From Chrysomallon squamiferum (taxonomy: Eukaryota; Animalia; Mollusca): DNA of 64,000 bases. The position numbers were made by a program, and so were the translations under genes. Every line of letters starts with the position of its first letter. The stretch's first letter is position 1. The stretch lies in the NCBI GenBank assembly GCA_012295275.1, contig CM022678.1, positions 4,278,001 to 4,342,000 of the forward strand, written 5' to 3'. The notes below the pieces were generated by a model that ran no database searches, had not been told where the DNA came from, and saw nothing but the letters and a program-made list of their open reading frames with translations. Shown piece by piece: positions 46,265-64,000 of this stretch.

Positions 46265-47420
46265 GTAAATAATAATAATAATAACAACAACAACAACAAC
46301 AATGATGATGATGATGATGATAATGATGATGATGATGTTGATGATTTTAATAATAATATAATCTTAGTAAAAAAAAAATAATAATTATTATAATTATAAT
46401 TATAATAATGATAACAAGAAGGTTTTTATAAAATAGTTTTTTTATGAGTGTTGTTTTTAAATTCAATTCTTTTGTTTTTGTTTTCTTTGGGGGGTTTTAG
46501 GTTTTTTTTTTTTTTTTTTTTTTGTTCTTGTTGCTACAGTCAACATGAGTAAATTGATCTAGTTTATCTATTAAAATTTATCTATACAATTATTTAATCT
46601 ACGAAAATATTAATTATTATCAGAAGTGCGTATGTATATGTCTTCTCTCTCTATGTATAGCATATCAGAACATTTAATACTATATCTTACTAGGAAACCA
46701 GGCTGTCATATTTTTTTATAGCTAGAACATGTGTATATATGGATATAGATTAAAAAAAATAATAATAATAATAATAACAAAAATCTGTTTAGAGCATCTT
46801 TTATTATTACAACTCCTTGAAATCAAAACATTTTATTTACAGAATAGCGGATTAAAATATTCCACAAAATATATCCTTAAAAAAGAAACAACAACAAAAA
46901 AAAAAACCATAAAAACAAACAAATAAATTTAAAAAAAAAAAAAAAAAAAAAACAGAAGAAGAAGCAAAACAACTGATTATTTTCTCTGAAATAAATGAGT
47001 TTTCTCCCCTGGACTACGGCGATCTCTTTATTTATAATAATATTGTTCTCTCTTAATTTCTTAAACAGTAATATATAAATAAATAAATGAATAAATAAAT
47101 AAATAAATAAATAAATAAATATTTTTAACGTTTTTCTATAGCTTTCGAGATCTAAAGACATTTGTGTTGGTTACTGAAATGAAGATTAAAAAGAGGGAAA
47201 AATCGACGTAGAATTAATTAACCATGCTAGCGCAAAACGTTGTGACACAAATACGCGTTTTTAGCTTCCATTCTAGCAATTGTCATGTAAACTCATCGCT
47301 GTCTTCCACAACATCAGGTAAAATTCGTGAAATAAAAAAAAAAAAAAAAAAAAAACCCAGGAGACGTTAAAATTAACCTCAAACACAGAAGAAAAAAACA
47401 GTCAAGCGTTCGCAGAAATG

Positions 47421-47452
<32 letters not shown>

Positions 47453-47644
47453 TGGGTCTAAACAGTATGGCGAAGCACATGCAAAAGAGGACTTTCTAAC
47501 TAACATACTAACAAGTTTGCTGACAGTTAGTTATTTAGCAAGACAGGAAACATCGAGACATATCTGCTTTTTCTCCAGATGATGGAGATGTCAGCGGATG
47601 AACAAGAATGAGAAATATACTCGTTGATCATCCAGTGGCCATTT

Positions 47645-50389
<2,745 letters not shown>

Positions 50390-50547
50390 TCTTTCCAGTC
50401 TCGGATACAAAATAAAAAAAGCCAGTATCAAAACACTTGGAGATAATATTTTTTTTTTAAAAAAAAAAAAAAAAAAAAAAGAAAAAATTTTGAAACAAGG
50501 AAGAAAATTTGTTTACATTTGATTGCTTTAACAGTCAATATTGATAA

Positions 50548-50595
<48 letters not shown>

Positions 50596-50740
50596 TGTGT
50601 CTGTGTGTAAGTGTGTTACAGTTAAAAAAATATTAATAAAATATATATTTAACATTTAATAAACATGTTCGGTATTTTAATGACTTTAATAAAGTAATAA
50701 CTTTTGGACAAGCTTTTATACTAAGACATACACTGATATA

Positions 50741-50803
<63 letters not shown>

Positions 50804-51516
50804 TATTTAGATATTATTTATAAATATGTATGTATTTATATGGCAGCTTTAATGACTATATTAAAGATTATGTTTTGAAAAAAAAAATTAATAAAGATTA
50901 CTAGACGACGATCATGCACATTTTAATTAGTTACAAGATAAAAACAAAAATAACAAAGTAAAATTTACTTATGCAGCGGCAAATGGCCACCTGTCTTGCT
51001 GTCAGTCCATGTGTCTGTGTATCTGTCTGTCTGTCAGTCACTAGAATACATGTGCGTGTCTCTGTTTACTTGTCTATGTTTGTGTATATCTTTGTCTCAT
51101 TTAATTTGTTTGTCTATTCGCAGGTATCTTTGCATAGATATAGGTAGACAGATAGATGTGTTGCAAACAGGATAATATGCACACATTACACAGATGTATT
51201 TGAGTGTATATGGGTGTCTGTGTGTGGGTGTGTGTTTATGTTATATTTTTATTATTATTATTTTTATTTATTTATTTTTTTTTTTGCTATCTGTTTTATT
51301 TATAAATTACTAGTTGACTGTTGTAGCGGTAATCACATTACCGGAAACGCTTGTTCAGGTGCAAGTGATAAACAAGATAAAACCTTTCTTGATAAGTGAC
51401 CTTTGACCTGCATTGTCCCGCAGTGACCCGCAGTGACGCATTTGAAACGAGAAGATTAGCCAGGAAAATTTAATACGGCTCTGTTAGTTTGTAATATGTC
51501 ACTGAGCCACCCGCAA

Positions 51517-51599
<83 letters not shown>

Positions 51600-51620
51600 C
51601 ACGCACATACACACACACAT

Positions 51621-51678
<58 letters not shown>

Positions 51679-51972
51679 ATACACACACACATTCACACAA
51701 ACATACATACACACACATACACACATACACACATACACACACACACATACCAACACAAGTACACACATATATACACACAAACATAAGCACACACATGTAT
51801 ATTCACGCATACATACATCCACTCATACAAACACAAGTACACACACACACACACAGACAAGCACACACGCATACAGACATATACACAATACATGTCTAAT
51901 TATTTTGATAGTGGGGCCCTTCTAATAGATTCAATAGTTATTGCATTGTTTTTATTTATTCATTTATTTATT

Positions 51973-52026
<54 letters not shown>

Positions 52027-52306
52027 ATATTTAGTATTATTATTACTATTATTACTATTACTATTATTATTATTATCATCATCATCATCATTATTATCAT
52101 TCTCGTTGTCATTGTTGTTATTTATAATGGGTACTAGATTCAAAGATTCAGTGTCTAGTTAGAAAGACTAAGATATTACACTATTAGAATACTTACACAA
52201 ACAAACAAAAACGACAAAATAATAATAAGAAGAAGAAGAAGAAAGGAACAACAATAATTGTAATAATGGATTTTATTCACGAAGAAATTTTGAATTTTGA
52301 TTATAA

Positions 52307-56373
<4,067 letters not shown>

Positions 56374-56474
56374 GATACCCGGACTTGTTATATCCTACAC
56401 AGACGTGAAACATAAGCACGAAAAAAATATATCATAAATTATTTCCCTTTAATTTATTCCGCCATTCTTCAAAT

Positions 56475-56493
56475 CGTGGACGTTTTTGATTGG
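56475..56493 (-). promoter_or_regulatory. ER stress response element (ERSE), CCAAT-N9-CCACG
   Basis: The minus strand reads CCAAT-caaaaacgt-CCACG, the exact consensus bound by NF-Y and ATF6, ~100 nt upstream of the PDI-like ATG. Confidence 0.75.
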
Positions 56494-56906
56494 CTGAAGC
56501 ATGTCTCGTGATGCTTACTAACTGAAATAATGTATGCTGCATTGAAACAGCCTCAGTTCAAAAATTATTCAGTTTCGTCTCTGCGAGACGGCTCATAAAT
56601 ATTAATTAGGGAAAATGAAAAATAATAACGTGTTCTGTTTTGTTTTTATTACCATATTTTTTTCTTTTCAGTTTCTCAGCTATAAAACGAAAAAAAAAAT
56701 GAATATAATTTGAAATAAAAATTAATTAATTAAAATTTAAATAATAATGATAATAACGGTGATGATAATGAGATAATATTTTACTTTTATAGATACATGT
56801 ATATATACACATTCATTCATCCATCTATCCATCCATCTATCTATCTGTAGCAAAATAAAAATTTTGTGAATCACTGCTCTACAGAATAATAATAAAAAAT
56901 AAAACA

Positions 56907-56967
<61 letters not shown>

Positions 56968-58454
56968 TAAATATAAATAACAGTAACAACAACAAAAACA
57001 ACAATAATTAAAAAAAATAATAATCTAAATCCTTATTATATGAAATATTTTTAATCGTATCTGTAAAGATATCGTAGAAAATAAATAGTTACAATTACAT
57101 GCACAACACATGATAAAGCAACATTGTCATTATTTTTCTCTCTTTTCTGTTATATTTTTTCTATTCTATTTTTTATTTTTATTTTTATTTATTTTTTCAA
57201 ACGGTTTATATGTAAGGTTACCTCGACGACTGATATGTATATATGATATATGTCACAGAGTATGAGTTATGGTATGTTATGGAAATTAAAACTGATCTAT
57301 GCTGTATGTTTTTGACAACTGATTTAATCGTTAACACAAGTGTCTGGGTATTATTCATCACGGCAACATGTGTTATTTTTATTTGTTACTGAACTACTCT
57401 TTACAAGTAAGTGCGCGCGAGAATGCGTGCGTGAGTGCGTGTGTGTGTGGATAAAAGTAATATCTCTTCTGATGCTGATTATACTATTACTACCACAACT
57501 ACTACTGCTGCTACAATCACTGCTACTACTACCACAACAACAATATTACTGCAACTACTGCTACTACTATAACCACTACTTTAACCACAATAATATTACT
57601 ACTACCTCAACAACAACACTACTATTACTACTACTATTACCATTATTACTATCACAATAATACTACTACTACTGTTACTACTACTACTACTAGTATTGCT
57701 ACAACTAGTACTACGACTATCACAACAACATTACTATATCTACCACTAAAACCACATACTACTACTACGACTATCATTCTATTACTACGATAACCACTAG
57801 TACTATCAGTACTGCTATTTTTCCTAGTTTACAATTACTACTATTACTACATTTGATATTCCTGCTACTACTACTACTATTGCTATTATTACTAATATTA
57901 TTACTACTTCTGCTACTGCTATCACTACGTAACTATCGGTACTATTTTTACTGCTATTTCTTCTAGTCTACAAAAAAACATTTTTACTCAATTTAATAAT
58001 CCTGCTACTTACATATTACTACTGAAGTTACTATTATTACTACTGGTATCTCCACTGTCATTACTAATGCAATTGTTTCTGTTTAAAAAGTTTAAAAAGA
58101 TAGAAAAAAAAATACAGAGGTAAAACTTAGGGTCATTTTTCAGAGTTGTCTCCCTTGGACAGTCGTACAAATATTTACTTTTCCTACAAGTTTTTAAATG
58201 GTGTAATGATAAAAAAGAAAAACAGTAGTTATCTCCCTTCAATCATAACTGTTTTTGTAATGTGGCAATCAGGAGAAAGTATCATTTTATTTTGCGACTG
58301 ATTTTACAGTGTGTGTGTGCGCGCATGTGTGTGTGTCTGTGTGCGTGTATGTCTATATATATATAATTTTGTGGGTTTATTCCATATATATTTTACTCCT
58401 ACTACCACCACCACTGTCACTCTGCCTGTCTGTCTATCTGTTTATTTGCCTCTC

Positions 58455-58537
<83 letters not shown>

Positions 58538-59210
58538 CGTTTTCATATAACAGTTTAACATTTCAGTCGTTAATAAATACATTGATTCTTGTCCTTGTAA
58601 TATATTATATAATCAAGAACATTACGTTAGTCGAAGATAACAAAGACACCAAGGTTGTTGACGTTTTATCTGAAGTAAGTAATAAAGGGAAAACAAAAAG
58701 CAAACAGAAGGTTACTATGACGTAAAATACTTATCGAACGCGTGGTCTTATCTCAGTTACGTATCCAGCCCTACCTTATTACACATACTGGTTGTTTGTT
58801 TTTATTTTACAACAGCGTTCAAACACACCTATCAGTCATCAGTTAGCTGGTGTAAATCACTTAAATTAAAACATGTTAATTACGTTTCTGTCTCACACGT
58901 TTCAGAGCTCTAGGATCTCTTTTTATTACATGTCCATTGACAGTTGCTAAATTTAATATTAACGGTAATTCTGAAACACATACATCAATTATCTACAGCT
59001 TTTTTTTGACATGCGGCTTTCTGGATATTTACTTAACTACATACTTAGATTACTGTGATTGTTGTTGTTGTTGTTGTTGTTGTTGTTTGTTGTTGTTATT
59101 ATTATTATTATTATATTTTTATTATTATTACTGTTAATATTATTATTATCATCTTCATTATTACTATTATTATTATTATTATTATTATATTTTTATTATT
59201 ATTATGATCT

Positions 59211-59246
<36 letters not shown>

Positions 59247-59656
59247 TCTTATTATTATTACTGTTCTGTTATTATTATGATCTTCGTTATTATTATAACT
59301 ATTATTGTTATTGTTATTGTTATTGTTGTTTGTTATTGTTGTTATTGTTGTTGTTGTTGTTGTTGTTTTTCTTTGAAATCACACGTGCTTCATCAAACTA
59401 ATTTACTTAGTTTATGCAACTGGACATTATGATTTTGCTTTAACAGCTGAAAAATTGTTTAATTTTCTATCGGCAAAATGATGAGAAATAGTTAATAACA
59501 TCCTTGGAAAAAATATTATATGTGTATGTGTGTGTGTGTGTGTCTGTATGTGTCTGTGTGTGTCCGTGTCTGCATGTGTTTGTACGTGTGTGTCTGTGTG
59601 TGTGTGTATATATTTGTGTGCTGTTACTGTAACAATGTGTTTGTAACACTGTAACA

Positions 59657-59692
<36 letters not shown>

Positions 59693-61019
59693 GTTTGTGT
59701 GTGTTTGGGTATGTGTATATATATGTTTGTGAATGTGTGCTTGAGTATCTGGGTGTATATGTGTGTATGCGTTTATTTGTGTGTATATGTATGCGTATGT
59801 GTATGTGTTTGGTTCATGTTTGTGAAATAACTTATACACACCGATAACTATTTCTTTTGTTCAACCCCAAGCCCCAAACACTAGATTATTTTAAATTCAT
59901 TTTTTTTTTTCAATAATAATTCAAATAACAATTATTATTCCAAAACGAAATACATACCTTTTCTTTCCCCCTTCGCTATAATCACAGCTTTCCCTATTTG
60001 ACTTTCATTCCATCTGTTTTGTGTCCATCTTCTTCTTTTTTTTTTTTTTTTTTTTAATTAAAACTGAGGTACGTGCTGTCATGTTTTTACTATTGATAGA
60101 GTTACCCGTGCTACGAAAGTGAATCTGTTTTATACGTTTTTATTGAATTTTTAGTTTTCGCATTTCAGTTAAATATTTCTGTTTTGAAAATGAATAAAAT
60201 TAGTGACATAAAAAAAAAAAAAAAAAAAAAAAAGCTGTTAAGCGATTAGTTTAAAGTTCATTAATAAATGAATGACAATACAGACACAATATAATAAAAA
60301 AAATAATAAAAAAATGCCGATATAGATAAGCGTTAACGTACCGTTTATTTAAGCATTAATGTACTATTAGCAGGGGTCGTGAAATATATGCCGTGGAACC
60401 CGTGACCTCTGTTCTTATCAGTTAGCAACAACCGTTATTCTAGATTTTCCTACTCACAGACAGGATAACAGATGCAATGTTCCGTGGTAAAATATTTCAT
60501 CTGACAGGGTAATAAGAATCGATCCTGCGATCGTTCATGCATTAGATCATCTAGTTATTCAGTTACATAATATTAATAGAGAAATGATAATGATAGCGAC
60601 AGTAACAGAACTACTACTACTACTACTACCACCACTACTATTACTACCACTACTACTACAGCTATTACCACTACTACTACTACCACTGTTACTATTATTA
60701 ACTATTACTACTACAACTATTACTACTGTTTTTTATATCACTATTATTACTACTTCAACAGCCACAACAAAAACAACGACTTCAACGACGAGACAACGAT
60801 GATAACCATGAGATAATAATAACATAAACAACGACGACGACAATAATAATAATAATAATAATAGTAATAACAACAACAACAACAACGACAAGAAATAATA
60901 ATAATAATAATAATAATAACTACGACGACCACGACCACAACAACATCAACAACGTCAACAATTTAATATCGTAAACGCTATGGGGGTAAAAAAAAAAAGT
61001 AAAAATTTAATAAAAGAAA

Positions 61020-61115
61020 TGGATTGACGTGCAGATGACGTAGACACTTACGACAACGTTAGCGTGTTTGTGAGAACGGCCACATATGACTTTGCAGCCG
61101 GGTTATTTAAATACC
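61020..61115 (+). promoter_or_regulatory. Putative promoter of the Cys-rich secreted peptide gene
   Basis: Two TGACGT half-CRE sites (~61025, ~61036) and a TATA-like TATTTAAATA (~61104-61113), ~80 nt before ATG 61191. Confidence 0.35.
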
Positions 61116-61190
61116 GATAAATACCGCAAAATCTTCACCTGTCAGTCGTTTCAGAGTGAACAGATTAAAGAAGAATCAGAAACCTCCAAA

Positions 61191-63509
<2,319 letters not shown>

Positions 63510-63532
63510 GTGAGTATTGTTGTAGTCGAAGC

Positions 63533-63569
<37 letters not shown>

Positions 63570-64000
63570 GCAATGGTAATAATGTAATACTAAGAAGAAG
63601 AAGAAGAAGAATAGCAGTAGTAACATTAGTAGTAGTAGTAGTAGTAGTAGTAGTACTAGTAGTAGTAGTAGTAGTAGTAACAGTAGTAGTAATAATAACA
63701 ACAGTAGTAGTAGTAGTAGTAATAACAATAGTAGTAGTAGTGATGAAGATAATGATGATAATGATGATCATGGTAACAACTACTACAACAACAACGCTAA
63801 CATCTACAGTAATAATAATAATAACAACATCAACAACAACAACAATAATAATAATAATAATAATGAAAGAAAAGAAATTAAATTAAATTAAATTAAATTA
63901 AAGAAACCTCAATATTAATAAACAAACAAATTCCATCACTGTGACTTTATATGCCTTTCATGGGATCGGGTCACATGTGTAAAGTGTAGGTGTAGATTTG

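Overview
AT-rich, microsatellite-dense animal genomic DNA (probably a mollusc or other invertebrate; this is inference) with spliced genes. Most ORF-track entries are microsatellite artefacts. About 1-50 kb is a cluster of apparently related single-pass membrane genes built from a shared kit: a 55-nt leader exon, phase-1 ectodomain modules, a TM exon and a terminal exon. It holds two CUB-TM-RING genes (a 5'-partial one at 210-3242 +, and a 3xCUB one at 45420-39397 -) and one SRCR(5-7)-TM-RING gene (15620/20737/25912-37385 +) whose promoter, leader and first SRCR are tandemly triplicated. It also holds two tiny RING-less paralogues (10045-11579 +, 50389-47645 -) and several orphan leader, TM and 3'-end relics. 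Together these look like a diversifying family of receptor-type E3 ubiquitin ligases with interchangeable ectodomains and a TRIM23-like RING. Further on are a single-thioredoxin PDIA6-like ER gene with a DxxC active site and a perfect ERSE promoter element (56373-52307 -), and a secreted His-rich multi-knottin (C-C-CC-C-C) precursor that runs off the window end (61191-63509+). Several 1-nt indels in short homopolymers break frames in three genes and one orphan exon, and may be assembly errors. All gene models were built by hand from GT-AG sites and phase.
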